A stretch of 64,000 nucleotides of DNA, from contig OX597831.1 in NCBI GenBank assembly GCA_951406725.2, positions 61,690,001 through 61,754,000 on the forward strand, read 5' to 3'. Shown here one piece after another: positions 1-12,799 of the stretch. Below the pieces are notes generated by a model that worked only from the letters and a program-made list of their open reading frames with translations, was not told the origin of the DNA and ran no database searches. The position numbers were made by a program, and so were the translations under genes. Position 1 is the stretch's first letter. Each line of letters starts with the position of its first letter. Source of the DNA: Octopus vulgaris. Taxonomy: Eukaryota.

Positions 1-483
1 CACCAATAGTAACAATATCTAAATGAGTTTTATAGGAAAATGAAATTTTTATTGGCATTTTAAAGCAGACAAACCCAGTTATTTGTATCTAAATGACACC
101 TGTGGTGAACGGCTATTCATTGAACTAAGCAGTCTAGTTTCAATTCTTAATAAAATTTGATTCACTTCAAAGTGATGTTGTTACTTAGCCCCTTGTCATC
201 TCCACTAAAACTTGTCGTCAAATACAGTCAAACCACGACCAAGCTATATATTGGTCAATATAGTATCATTAGATACTAAATACCCTTCCATACACCCTAA
301 CATAACCTTCCATTTAAAAAATGCTAAAGCTATGATTTCAAAGAGATTTAGCAGTTATTTGAATAATATGGACAGTTTTATAATTAATAAATTTAATAAT
401 TAATCACCTAGTTTCAGTTCTGATTAGAATCTCATTCATTTTATGCTTTTGTTGCTGTTTAGTTCTATTCCAAGCTTGATTAA

Positions 484-703
484 CCCTTTCGTTACTAAGC
501 CGGCTGAAACTGGCTCTGGTTCTGAGTACAAATGTCTTGTTTTCATAAGTTCTGAATTAAAATCTTCCACCAAACCTTAGTCACAATTCATGTTCCTAAC
601 ACTAGCTTCATGATAACTAAGTTATTTTACTAAATTCTTTGTTATATTTAAAGTAATTGAAAGAAACACAGAGCATCTCAAAATAAATATGGTAATGAAA
701 GGG
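484..703. mobile_element. piggyBac-type MITE (220 bp)
   Basis: TIRs CCCTTTCGTTAC / GTAATGAAAGGG (1 mismatch), flanked by TTAA at 480-483 and 704-707. Confidence 0.8.
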
Positions 704-1008
704 TTAAGCAGACCTATGATCAAATGCATCACAACTGAGACCAGACTTCTTTTGATATGGTGGAAATTAAACTACACTATTCAATTCTGGGTGTGTCTGA
801 AATAGATTTAGCTGCTATTTCTGGTAGGATGAGTGATCACGTAGAGAGTCTCTCATTGGTTCTTTAATTAAAATAGTTTCCATTCTGAGTAGAACCTAAT
901 CCCCTTCATGTTGTTGCTTGATTCCAGGTCAGTTATAACTAAAGAAATCTACAGCCAATTGTATTTCAGCTGTGACCAGTGGGTGTAACCAAGACTATTA
1001 TATCTTGT

Positions 1009-1394
1009 GTGGAGGCGCAATGGCCCAGTGGTTAGGGCAGCGGACTCGCAGTTGTAGGATCGCGGTTTTGATTCCCAGACCGGGCGTTGTGAGTGTTTAT
1101 TGAGCGAAAACACCTGAAGCTCCACGAGGCTCCGGCAGGGATGGTGGTGATCCCTGCTGTACTCTTTCACCACAACTTTCTCTCACTCTTACTTCCTGTT
1201 TCTGTTGTACCTGTATTTCAAAGGGCCGGCCTTGTCACTCTCTGTGTCATGCTGAATATCCCCGAGAACTACGTTAAGGGTACGTGCGTCTGTGGAGTGC
1301 TCAGCCACTTACACGTTAATTTCACGAGCAGGCTGTTCCGTTGATCGGATCAACCGGAACCCTCGTCGTCATAACCGACGGAGTGCTTCCATCC
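1009..1394 (+). mobile_element. tRNA-derived SINE, family D, full length
   Basis: Head with A box TGGCCCAGTGG and B box GGTTTTGATTCC; 12-bp TSD ATTATATCTTGT at 997-1008 and 1395-1406. Confidence 0.9.
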
Positions 1395-2892
1395 ATTATA
1401 TCTTGTAGCAGATTCAGAACCAAATCGCTGGACATCCATGTGAATGCTGCATTGAGTTCACTATTGTTTCATGTGGTTGACCGATTAACCAACCAGTCTG
1501 CTTCAAGTTATCATGTGCTTCAGCTTTGTAGAACCTTCTAAGGACCCTTATAGAAGGTAGAGTTTCAGTGGTACCCTCAGAATGCCAAGATATTTATGTT
1601 CATTCTCTGGCTGTGCAGAGTGAGGGTACAGATTTGCCATCATGAATTTTGGGGAATATTTCCTCAGTTGTGATGGCCTAATTCACAAATCAATATGTAC
1701 CAACTATTTTGTCATGGGCCCCAGAATTGTCTCTCGCAGTGTATATAAATTGTTGTCTTTATTCGTCATCTCATGGCCAAAACAGAAAACACTATGTGCA
1801 ATAAATAAAGCTTCTATTAATTGTTTGTGAGCGTTGCTTATTATTTTATATGCATCCAATAGGCAACAGTTGCAACAATTTAAAGTGACATTACTATTTT
1901 TAAGGTGTTAGGATGTGTTTCCAGGGAGATTTGGAAGATATTTCTAGCAGGTCAAACAACCCTGTAGAGGCTACTTTAAGTAGCTCATGATTCATTTCAT
2001 TTATGATGTTTGTATGAATGGTGCGGAATCTTGGGTTTATGCCAAACTTTAAAAGAAATCAATATTTAAAAGAGATCATTACTGTAGATTGTGGAAGATA
2101 GACAACTAATAGTCTATTTGTTGCACAGAGATGATGAATATAAGCTGAGTATTGATATAGTTTACACCTGAACTATTCTGTTAAATTCTTTCGACACTCT
2201 TAATACCAGTACTTGAGAATGTATCTAATTATCAGTAAGTTGTATTTGAAATATAAAACTATCAAAATAATAATGGTAATTCATCCTTTTAATACACTAT
2301 CAAAATCTTTTGCTGTAACAAACTCTTAACTTCTATTATTATAATTTCATTCAAATCTATGAGGTATTATAGAAACATAAAATAACCAGTAGTTCTTGAC
2401 TGGCTGGTTATGTTTTCTAAAACACTGCCTGTGTGCATCATATATATTCTTTGTTATGAACAACATTATGAACACTGTAGAAACTTGGCTATGTCAGTGA
2501 CATCAGAAAGATAAGTAAAAATAATTAAACTTGTGAAAGCCACACAAAACAGATCAAAAATTAGTATACTTAAGCCAACAAGAAAGTCACTACATGATCA
2601 TGTAACCTTCAAGAAATAGTAGCCAAAAAAATCATCATCAAATTGCATCCAACTATATTAAGGAGAAAGATGTCCTATTGCATAGCAGAGCCCTAGACAC
2701 GACAAACAAGGACCAGTTGGCCAGGTCTGGAACGCATAAAGGTCTATTGGTTCAGGGACGGCCTGGTGCAAAACAACAGCAAAAGCAGTGCAGTCCTATA
2801 TGTGTGCTTTGGTTTTATGGTTACCATTTTAATTAGAAATGACAGCTAAAACCAACTTAGCTGAAGGGAATTTTATTATTGATATATAAACA

Positions 2893-3455
2893 TAGCACTG
2901 GTATGGTTATGTGTTACGCATGGATGAGGACAGCTGTACGAGGAAGTGCCCCACCCTAGCTGTGGAAGAAACTTATGGAAGACATGGGATGAGGTGGTGA
3001 AGCATGACCTTCAAATATTGGGTCTCACAGAGGCAATGACAGGAGACTTGGAGATATGCTGTGATTGATGCTAATGTAGCATGTCCAGACCATTCAAAAG
3101 TACCCTTGATGCATTGGGTAATGCTTGAGAAGACCTGCTGAGTCAAGCAAAACCAAAATCGTAGCTGTGGCAAGTGCCCACTGACTGGCTCCTGTTCTGG
3201 TGTTATGTACCATCAAAACATGATCGATGCCAGTGCCCCCTGACTGGCTCCCATGCCTGTGGCATGTAAAAACACCATCTGAATATGGCTGTGGCATGTA
3301 AAAAACACCCACTACACTCTCGGAGTGGTTGGCATTAGGAAGGGCATCCAGCTGTAGAAGCATTGCCAGATCAGATTGGAGCCTGGTGCAGCTGCTGGCT
3401 CTCCAAACCTCAGTCAAACCGTCCAACACATGCTAGCATGTAAAATGGACGTTAA

Positions 3456-3493
<38 letters not shown>

Positions 3494-3500
3494 AATGATG
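2893..3500 (+). mobile_element. RTE-clade LINE 3' end with (GAT)n tail
   Basis: Decayed C-terminus WYGYVLRMDEDSC...KTWDEVVKHDLQILGLTEAM; 3' UTR shared with 9067-9560, 28605-29160 and 31195-31370; ends GGACGTTAAAG(GAT)n. Confidence 0.8.
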
Positions 3501-3537
3501 GCATATATGCACACACACACACATGTATATATTTGCT

Positions 3538-3610
<73 letters not shown>

Positions 3611-3660
3611 ATATATATATATGTGTGTGTGTGTATGTATGTATATATAAATATATATGA

Positions 3661-4950
3661 TTGATTTGATTTGATCTAGTTTCAACTCATAAGCTGTGGC
3701 CATGCTGGGGCACCACCATTTGGTGTTGCTACATAATTCTACTTTGTTAATTCTTTTTAGAAATTGATGTTTGGTGCACGAAGGAGTTTGATGACACCAC
3801 CCTCATCTGCACTTCCTACTGTGAAGTTGATTCATCTGGGACGCTTGACAGTAAGAGATCTAGTTTCATTTTGAAGACCCTTACATCCATCCTGTGTAGG
3901 TCTCTCAGGTCCTTAGTGAGGATATCAAAGAGCTGTGGTCCTTTAAAGCCCAGGCTCTTGCAATATCTTGTACTATATTTTGATGGAAAATTTGGAGTCT
4001 TTGGCACTATGCAGTGGTGTCCTGTTCTAGCATTAGTGCAACTCTCAATGCCAAAGTTTGGTAAAAGTCCCTCTAGGATCTTCCAGATGTATATTATGGC
4101 ATATTTTCCCCTGCCTATGCTCTGAGTCTTTCCTAGTAGCTAATATGCTGCATAGATGCTATCTTTCTCATGTAGCTTCGTTGGATTGCCTCAAGTTCTG
4201 CAATTAATTTTACATTGGTTGGTGATCATAGATGGGAGCAATAGACAAAGCAGCTTAGGACAAGTGCCATCCAGAGGACTATCATGATTTCCTGATCTCT
4301 CATTCTAAAAGTTCTAAGAATCCATCCGCTCAGCTGCCTGCATTTCATTGCCAACTTAGCAACATGCACATGGAAGGATGCATCATTACTCATGTAAATG
4401 CCCAGATCTCACACTGACTGTGTCTCTGGGATTGCAATCCCTCCAGGTCCAGTCTATTTAATTGGTATTGCATTTAGGTTTGCATGCTGATAGTATAAGG
4501 TTTGAAACTTTGCAGCATTAAACTGCATGGTATTCTTCTCAGTCCACTTGTATATTTCATCCAACTCATATTCCAGGTGCATACCATCTTCATGGTTCTG
4601 TATCACCTATGAGACTTTTGTATCATCTGCATAACTTGTGATCGTAGCTCTCTGTGTGGCTGAGGGCGTATCTGAGAGGGCCATTATGAACAGTAGTGGT
4701 CCCAAAAACAGTACTTTGCTGAACACCACTCATTATTTGCATGTCATTGGAGATGGCCCCACTGGCTACTACCACCTGACTTCTATCCTTCAGAAAGTCA
4801 TGCAGCCATTCTCCCAATTTCCCGACTATGCCGAGATCATGCAGTTTGTAACATATCACTCCATGATCAACTTTATTGAAGGCTTTTGCAAACTTGAGAT
4901 ATATCACGTCCACATCTGAGTGATTGAGCAACTGTTTCAGTACCCAGTCA
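3661..4950 (-). mobile_element. CR1-like LINE, decayed RT and intact 3' end
   Basis: VDVIYLKFAKAFNKVDHG, SGVQQS(GVPQG), YADDTK-type motif, C-terminal VPDE..SNS; ends in (ATCAA)n-type tail; frameshifts and stops. Confidence 0.85.
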
Positions 4951-5227
4951 GAAAACTACCCCAAGCTCTAATCTCTTCTTTGGCCTGTTTTCTATGACTG
5001 AATGCTCCACCTAATGCCAACCACTATACAGAGGTACTGGGTGCTTTTCACATGGTTTCAGCAGCGGTGAGGTCACCCAGTACCTTGCAATACAAGACTT
5101 CTCAAGAGGGAGGTGGTTTAGTGCCAGGTGATGAAAGGTTAGAGTAGGAGTAGAGGATCAGAAATATTTGAAGGGTAGTAAAAGAGTTACAGTCAGAGAG
5201 ACACAAAGAGAAGAGAGAGTGAAGCTT

Positions 5228-5300
5228 GCAGGGAGGTGGCATTGATGGCAGGAAGGTGGCATTGATGGCAGGGAGGTGGCATTAATGGCAGGGAGGTGGC
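5228..5300. repeat. 20-bp minisatellite, about 3.6 copies
   Basis: Unit GCAGGGAGGTGGCATTGATG abutting a SINE head. Confidence 0.9.
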
Positions 5301-5755
5301 AGAAGCGTTAGCACACCGGGTGAAATGCTTAGTGGTATTTTGACTTAATCTGTTTGTCTGTCCTTGTTTGTCCTCTCTGTGTTTAGCCCCTTGTGAGTAG
5401 TAAAGACCTAGGTATATCGTCTGCCTCTACGTTCTGAGTTCAAATTCCGCTGAGGTCGACTTTGCCTTTCATCCTTTCGGGATCGATAAATTAAGTACCA
5501 GTTACGCACTGGGGTTGATGTAATCGACTTAATACCTTTGTTTGTCCTCTCTTGTGTTTAGCTCCTTGTGGGTAGTAAAGAAATAGGTATTTCGACTGTC
5601 TTTACGTTCTGAGTTCAAATTCCGCCGAGGTCGATTTTGCCTTTCATCCTTTCAGGTCGATTAATTAAGTACCAGTTGTACACTGAAGTTGATGTAATTG
5701 ACTAGTTCCCTCCCCCACAAATTTGAGGCCTTGTGCCTCCAGTAGAAAGGATTAT
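5295..5755 (+). mobile_element. SINE family B, nested or tandem multimer
   Basis: Head GGCAGAAGCGTTAGCAC; body GTTCTGAGTTCAAATTCCGC...CCTTTCATCCTTTCGGG..GATAAATTAAGTACCAG present twice; two different 3' tails. Confidence 0.85.
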
Positions 5756-5928
5756 ACGTACACATGTAATTACTATACCCCCCAACCCACAATGATTTTT
5801 ACGGGTAAGTCAAACTCTTTATGTTATTCTCTCTCTGTTTACCAATCAAACTTTCATACTTCTTTCTAGTTTCCTGTTTGCAACTCAACATCACCCACAC
5901 TTTTTTGTCTTTTCACTTTTTGTTTCCC

Positions 5929-5964
<36 letters not shown>

Positions 5965-6338
5965 ATATTTAACAAACAGAAATTAAACTAAAATTATTCG
6001 GAAGCAACCAAAGTATCATTTCTTTATTTGGCTTCTTTCTCTTTATGACCAGACGTAAATAAGTTACCGTCTGCTAAATGCAAAGTCATATCACTTCTGT
6101 TTCACAAAGAAGACGTCTCAAGTCAATATTGAAGGTGAAGTACTTTATTATAGTCATTGAAAAATATTCATTTTATCTTTAGTGTTTATAAAATTGTGCT
6201 CAAGCAGCCATCTATCGCAAAGTGAGAAAGGCAGATTTCTAAAAAGGAAATTGGTAATGTTTAGACTTCTATCAGCTAAAGTTTAAACTGAAAGCAAAGT
6301 ACCTTATCAAATTCATTGAAAATTATTGAACAAAACCG

Positions 6339-6760
6339 GTATCTTTTCGGTTTGAACGGCAGTTTTTACCTAGCAGTGTCATATGAAATTGTCACCCATA
6401 ATTATGACCCTAGTATCGATCTAATGCATTTCAATCTGTTTTAGGGTTAGGGTTAGTTAGGGTTAGGGTGGGGGGAAGGGTATCTTTTTTTCTTCACAAA
6501 TGTAAATAAACCCAATCTGTTTCTTAAATGAGGGACATATACGGCACAGAATGTTTTCACCTCAATAGACGTCATTGATTGGTTGAAATTGCAGAAATTG
6601 AAGAAAAAAACAACAAATATCTTAGAAACTATAGAATTTTCTCAATAAAGCCAAGAGAAAAAGATGTTTTATAAACACACTCTACCAGTATACAAAGTTC
6701 AAAAGTGTTTAGTTACTTGGAAATTATTTTAAAAAACTGCCGTTCAAACCGAAAAGATCT
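6339..6760 (+). mobile_element. Merlin-like MITE with internal telomeric repeats (copy 1)
   Basis: About 28-bp TIR (GG)ATCTTTTCGGTTTGAACGGCAGTTTT; TTAGGG units at about 6441-6468; imperfect 8-bp TSD CAAAACCG/CCAAACCA. Confidence 0.8.
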
Positions 6761-7364
6761 CCAAACCATATTCATATTATTTTTTGATGTCGTGGATGAT
6801 GGTATCATTTTGTTCGATACTATGTCACTCTTGCTGAAAAAATGACACAAATTTTAGAAAAGAGTCAGTGCAGCACATATGCAGTTATGTTTCATATTAT
6901 ATTTGGGTTACTATTTTGACAGGTTATTTTATGAAAGAGATGCATTTACACTCAGAATATTCTCGTTTGCGTCTGAGACAGAAATATTCAAAAGGCAGCT
7001 GTTTCCAGTAAAACCCAACTTTTGTTATGTTTTTAAATAAATGTCAAAAACAAACTTTATCTGTTGTTGAGCTACATGAATGAACATTGTTTCTCTCATG
7101 GGCAACTGTATGTTGCACATGTCAGAGTTGGAAGTCCACGTGATCTTTATTTATGCACCTTCTGGGGGGGAAAAAAACCGAACATTTGTTTATAATGAAG
7201 TTTTGGATTTACATTGAAATCGTAAATAAGAAGAAGTAACACAATTAAGAGGTGAAAGATGACATGGTGCTGGAAATCTGAAGCTTACAAATAAAATGCG
7301 AAAATGTATATAGCATGGCAAAACTATTATATAGGCTGTTGCCCGAGTAATGCTGCACTCATGC

Positions 7365-7466
<102 letters not shown>

Positions 7467-7507
7467 GTGAAAGAAGGTTTGAAAATGCAATTTTAAAAGA
7501 TGTTTAT

Positions 7508-7553
7508 TTACTTGACCGGTTTCACTTTTTTAGAAAAAGATTGTCAAAAGTAA
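7508..7553 (-). ncRNA. Minimal type I hammerhead ribozyme, decayed core
   Basis: Minus strand: TTACTT-TTGACAA-TCTTTTT CT AAAAAAGT-GAAA-CCGG-TC-AAGTAA; 6-bp stem I, palindromic stem III ACCGGU; core differs from CUGANGA at 2 positions. Confidence 0.55.
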
Positions 7554-7559
7554 CATGAT

Positions 7560-7960
7560 GTGTTAGGTACTGGTTGTCACAAAATATTTCAATACATATA
7601 TACATTCTTTGATAATAATAATAACATGTTAAAAACAGTTTCCAAGGGAAGATCTTGGGAAAATATTAAAAAATTTTATATGTTCATTAAAATATTGGTT
7701 ACAAAAGATTACAATACATATATACATTCTTTGATAATAATAAGAGAATGTTAAAAACAGTTTACAGAAATAATTATTAAAAAGTTCAGAGGAATATTGG
7801 TATTGTATCTGTATATATATACACAGAAAATTATAAGTTCAAAAAGGTTGCATTTTGGTAGTATATAAATGTACAATGAGGGAGATATATTTAGTTTGAA
7901 TTGACCTGATTCACCATGTTATCATTAAAGACTATTTTCTATTTCAAGGGACAGTGTAGG
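7560..7960 (-). mobile_element. Probable PLE 3' remnant
   Basis: CPLK..NMV-like remnant upstream of the hammerhead; includes a direct repeat of about 52 bp (7590-7641, 7711-7762). Confidence 0.35.
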
Positions 7961-8387
7961 TGTGTTTGGGTGGGGGAAGGAAGAGTAATGTGGAATTGAA
8001 AAGAAGTTTTTGTTTCTCTTTCAATATTCAGTGGTTTGGGGAATTGGTCTTTAGAGGTCAGAATGGTGTGAGTGTGTGTGTCTTTGTGTGTGTGTCTTTG
8101 TGTGTGTGTGTGTATATATATATATATACATGTGTTTGTGTTTGTGTGTGGGCCGTTTTTGATTGGTCCCAAGGTTTATTGTGGTGTAAGTAGATGTGTC
8201 TGTGTATGTTTAATATTTGGTAGGATGGTGTGTGTATAGGTGTGCACGTTTGTGTGTGTGCATGTGTGTGGTTAATGTTTGTTAGTGTGTTGTGTGTGCG
8301 CTAGTGTGTGTATGTGTTTGTATGTATGTGTGTGATTGGTATTTGTCATGGTGCTGTGTGTGCACATGTGTGTGTATATGTGCATCT

Positions 8388-8536
8388 GTATTAAATTCTG
8401 GCTAGATAAATATCCCAATGAGATCCCGGAAAGAATAAAAAAAAAAAAAGAATTCATCATTGAGGGCCTAACATTTATTCTCCAAAACAACTTTATGAAT
8501 TTTAATAATAAAACTTACTGACAGGTATCAGGAACT
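8388..8536 (+). mobile_element. Penelope-like RT fragment
   Basis: IKFWLDKYPNEIPERI..EFIIEGLTFILQNNFMNFNNKTY*QVSGT matches PLE RT N.F.F..K.Y.Q..GT. Confidence 0.75.
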
Positions 8537-8818
8537 TGTGAGTGCATTTGGTAGACAGAAACTGAAAGAAGCCCGTCGTATATCTGTATATATATATATA
8601 TATATATATATGTGGCTGTATTTGTACTCCAAACATTGCTTAACAACCGATGCTGGTGTATTTACATCCCCATAACTTAGCGGTTCGGCAAAACAGACTG
8701 ATAGAATAAGTGCTAGGCTTACAAAGAATAAGTCCTGGGGGCGATTTGCTTGACTAAAGGCGGTGCTCCAGCATGACCACAGTCAAATGACTGAAACAAG
8801 TAATCGAGTAAAGAGTAA
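8536..8818 (+). mobile_element. SINE family A, 5'-truncated
   Basis: GGTAGACAGAAACTGAAAGAAGCCC, internal (TA)n, tail CAGTCAAATGACTGAAACAAGT(AAAGAGT)n. Confidence 0.9.
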
Positions 8819-9066
8819 ATATTATCAAACAGCTAAATATGAACAAAAGCTAGAAATTACCTTATTCTTAATGATCTTCCAGATAACATCATCCCTAATA
8901 TAACTAACCTTGCTCATAACACATCTTTGTCTTTTTAGTTGAATGAAAAAGTTAATTTATGTAAGCAAATGAAAATGGTCAGCAGTCTGAATGGAGTACC
9001 TGGTGATTGGTTATTTTTGACTGTACAAAACATATTTGTTTCCATTAATCATTGCAGGAACTTAGA

Positions 9067-9560
9067 TCATCATCATCATCATCATCATCATAATCATCAT
9101 CATCGTTTAACGTCCGCTTTCCATGCTAGCATGGGTTGGACGAATGACTGAGGGCTGGCGAACCAGATGGCTGCACCAGGTTTTCAATCTTGATCTGGCA
9201 GTGATTCTACAGCTGGATGCCTTTCCTAATGCCAACCACTCAGAGTGTGTAGTGGGTGCTTTTACGTGCCACTGGCACAGGGCCAGTCAGGTGGTACTGT
9301 CAATGAACTTGCTCGAATGTTTTACTCATGCCTCTGACACAGCTGCCAGTAAGGCAATGCTGGTAACGATCATGCTCCAATGCTGTCTTTTACGTGCCAC
9401 TGGCATGGAGGCCAGATAGCTGCTCTGGCAACGATCATGCTCGGATGCTGCTCTTAATACCCTACTAGCATGGGGCTTGAGTGCCAGTAAGGCGACACTG
9501 GTAACGATCACGCTCAAATGGTGCCTTTTAAGTGCCACTGTCACGGAAGCCGGTTAGCTG
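9067..9560 (-). mobile_element. RTE-type 3' UTR with internal subrepeats and (GAT)n tail
   Basis: Reverse complement of 3290-3500; repeated AACGATCAYGCTC..ACGTGCCAC units. Confidence 0.8.
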
Positions 9561-9779
9561 GCTTCAGATGATATTCTTATTTCTATATTTGGTACTGTTT
9601 CTTCTGAACCATGTAGTCTTAATTTTTTAGATTTAACTTATTCTTGAGTTTATACTTAGAAGAATTAAATCAGATCTATTGCCAAACCAACCACTTATAA
9701 AAGGCTGGTTCCCATTATTGAATTCAGCATTACCATATTCTTTCATAAGTCTCTAAAACACCTTTGTCCCAAACTCTGT

Positions 9780-10130
9780 TGTCACATTGAGGCTGCTCTT
9801 CTTGACCGAGTTCAACATGGGTTTCTACAACACAGCTGGTCACTGTTTCACCAAAAAAACTTCATCTTCTCTTTTATCACAGAGACATTGCTTATTTATC
9901 TGTTTTCTATAAATACCTCACTGGTTGTAATTTTGATGAAATTATTTCCCCTGTTGCTCCTCTTAAGATTAATAATCGATCAACTCATCTTTCTACTAAT
10001 TCTCTTCATTTCACTGTAGTTGTCTGCACTTCTTAGAAAAGTTTCTACTCTAGTAGTTTCTTTACTCTCATGGGACTCTCTTCTTTCGTCTTGCTTCTCA
10101 GATAGTTATAATCTTAATTCATTTAAATCA
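9780..10130 (+). mobile_element. Old CR1/Jockey-like LINE 3' fragment
   Basis: LLDRVQ ... HRDIA.LS.FYKY-like remnant. Confidence 0.45.
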
Positions 10131-10255
10131 ATCTTGTGCTAAAGTAACACATACACACACACACGGCACACACACACGCTCACATTTTCATATATATATT
10201 TATATTTACATATGTATGTATATATATATTTATATATATACTTATATTTTCATAA

Positions 10256-10313
<58 letters not shown>

Positions 10314-11022
10314 ATATATATATATATATTTTATATTTATATGTATATATATATTTATATATTCATATGTATATATATTTAAAAAATATATATATATATA
10401 TATATATATCTTCATGTGTAAATGTATGTATATATTTATATATTCATATGTATGTATATATATATATATATATTTAAGTATAAATATGTGTATATGTATA
10501 TATGTGTGTCTGTTTTTTATATTATTGTTTATATATACTGTTTGTTTTTCTTTGTCTCAAATTGGTGCTTGTAATGTCTAATATCAAACGGTAGTAATAT
10601 TTATCAATATTTAATGTAATAAATCAATATTCGATGTTCGATAAAAGAGCAATTATATCAATGCGAAATGTAATTGAATTTATTTTTCTAGTAAAGCCAT
10701 TGAACTGTGTCATAGCTAGGACACCACCTTGAAGGATTTTAGTTGATTATATCGACCTCTGTACATGGCCTGCTGCTTATTTTATCGACCCCCAGAAGAG
10801 AAGATAGGCAAATTAGTCAAAGAGACAAAACTGGCAGAAAAACGAATATCTCAAGTTGATTATGTTTGATGCACAAGTGTTTTTCCTGGTGTCGATACAT
10901 GACAACAAAACACACTGGCACACAAACCTCGATACTCATGCCTGTAAACTAAAAAAATGAATATGCAGATATGCATGTGCCTATACCGATAAATCTAATT
11001 ATATATGTGTGTATGTATCTAT

Positions 11023-11062
<40 letters not shown>

Positions 11063-11063
<1 letters not shown>

Positions 11064-11401
11064 GGTACAAGCATGGCTCTGTGGTAAGATGGTTGCTTTC
11101 CAACTACATACTTTGGAGTTCAATCCCACTGCATGTCACCATAGCAAATGTATTCTATTACAGCCTTGGGCCAACCAAAGCCTTATGAGTGGATTTGGAA
11201 GATAGACACTGAAAGAAACACTTCATATATATATATGTACATGATAAGCTGAAATTGCAAAGATAATCTGGTACTTGACTGAGGAAAGAAAACTTCAAAT
11301 AACCCGTCCTTGTTATCTTTGTATCGTTTATCTGGATGCTTTGTTGTCCCATTTTTATATCACCTAACTGTCCGGATGCTTTGCATTCTTGTCCCATTTT
11401 G

Positions 11402-11476
<75 letters not shown>

Positions 11477-11478
11477 TG

Positions 11479-11518
<40 letters not shown>

Positions 11519-11525
11519 AGTATCA

Positions 11526-11602
<77 letters not shown>

Positions 11603-11787
11603 TGTCCACCACCACTATCACCACCACCACTTTGCCTCTCTATAATTTAGCAGTTCAGCAAAAGAGACTAACAGAATAAGTACCAGACTTGAAAATAAGT
11701 CCTATGATAAATTCATTTGACTAAATCCTTCAAGGCAGTACCCAAGCATCACTGTAGTCTAGTGACTGAAACAAATAAGAGGTAAAA
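11063..11787 (+). mobile_element. SINE family A, diverged, with insertion in its internal (TA)n
   Basis: Head 11063-11225 and tail 11620-11787; unrelated insert of about 160 bp (11240-11400) between TA tracts. Confidence 0.75.
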
Positions 11788-11934
11788 GCCATATCTGAAA
11801 AGGCTTCACACAGTTTCATTCATGAATTTTACTTATAAGCATTGTACCTGAAGCTTAAGCAGAATAGACATTTATCTAAGATGAAGCACGATGGAATAGA
11901 AGTAGAAAGAGGACCGACTGGTGCTTGGTGTATT

Positions 11935-12175
11935 TTGCCAGCTGAATGGCCTGGAAATGAAGTGTTTTGCTGAAGAACACAACACATCACCCGATCCAGG
12001 AATCGAAACCACAATCTTAGGATCATGATGCTGAAACCCTAACCACTAAGTCATGTGCCTCCACAAATAAATGCACCCTTTTTAAAGCCTAGCCAGGCTC
12101 ATGGGCCCGGTTTCCCGGTGTCTATCGCATATGTACTCCCCAGCTGGATGGGAGGCCAGTCCATCACAGTGTTAC
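11935..12175 (-). mobile_element. SINE family C head joined to the tail of a second copy
   Basis: Minus-strand tRNA head GGAGGCACATGACTTAGTGG..GGTTTCGATTCC, CORE-like GTGTTGTGTTCTT; preceded by tail GAGCCTGGCTAGGCTTTAAAAAGGGTGC. Confidence 0.8.
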
Positions 12176-12667
12176 AAAAATATATCTATACTTAAGAAAT
12201 ATCAAATAGTCATCCAAAATGCTATCAAGTGAAGATTTCATGAAAATTCAGCCACTTTTTTCTCTCTCAGAAGTATTCCTCATTATAAATTGTAAAAACT
12301 AAAAGATGAAACAGGAAAATTTCTCAAGCAGCTATTAAAAGCTGAGTGGCAGATATAATCTTATGGCAGTTTAATATTAATCCTTACCTTTTTATAAATT
12401 ATGCAGAGTCGACACTTCTACAAGTATCTTGGCTGTCTATCAGCATTCAAAGAAAATCTTCACAGTTACTACAACCTCATTAACAAAGTTTTAGAAAAAG
12501 AAAAGAAACAAATGAAAATTATTTTATTTAGGGCTTACATCAACATCAGCTAGTATATTAAAATCTTATAAAGTAAAAAAAAACAACTGAAAATAGTTTT
12601 TAGGCAAGTTTTAAATGAAATGATAAAGTCCTTTTATTTTATTTATTTTATTCATTTTTTTTTTTAG

Positions 12668-12799
12668 AAACTAACAAAAAATGAAATGACCTTTGATAGC
12701 GCTGAAATAATAAGATATCAGAAATGTAGACAGAACGTGACAAATACATTTGATCAAAGAGGACGAAATTTAGTAGATCAGAGATATATTGAATTTATG
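12668..12799 (+). CDS. Candidate internal exon of an unidentified host gene (132 nt, phase 0/0)
   Basis: Long poly-T tract + AG acceptor; open frame KLTKNEMTFDSAEIIRYQKCRQNVTNTFDQRGRNLVDQRYIEFM; weak donor GTACAA; non-repetitive context; no recognised homology. Confidence 0.3.

Noticed and set aside
1009-1085. tRNA gene calls for SINE heads (also 13581, 18326, 24624)
   Set aside because: No complete cloverleaf or terminator; they are embedded in TSD-bounded repeats
5965-7010. Exon candidates after acceptors near 6047, 6182 and 6922
   Set aside because: Ambiguous frames, weak donors and no recognisable homology
9290-9560. CRISPR-like spaced repeats
   Set aside because: Degenerate subrepeats of an RTE 3' UTR in eukaryotic DNA; no unique spacers or cas genes
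10216-10581. YIYI/VCVC/THTH ORFs here and throughout the ORF track
   Set aside because: Translations of TA, TG and TATG microsatellites, not genes
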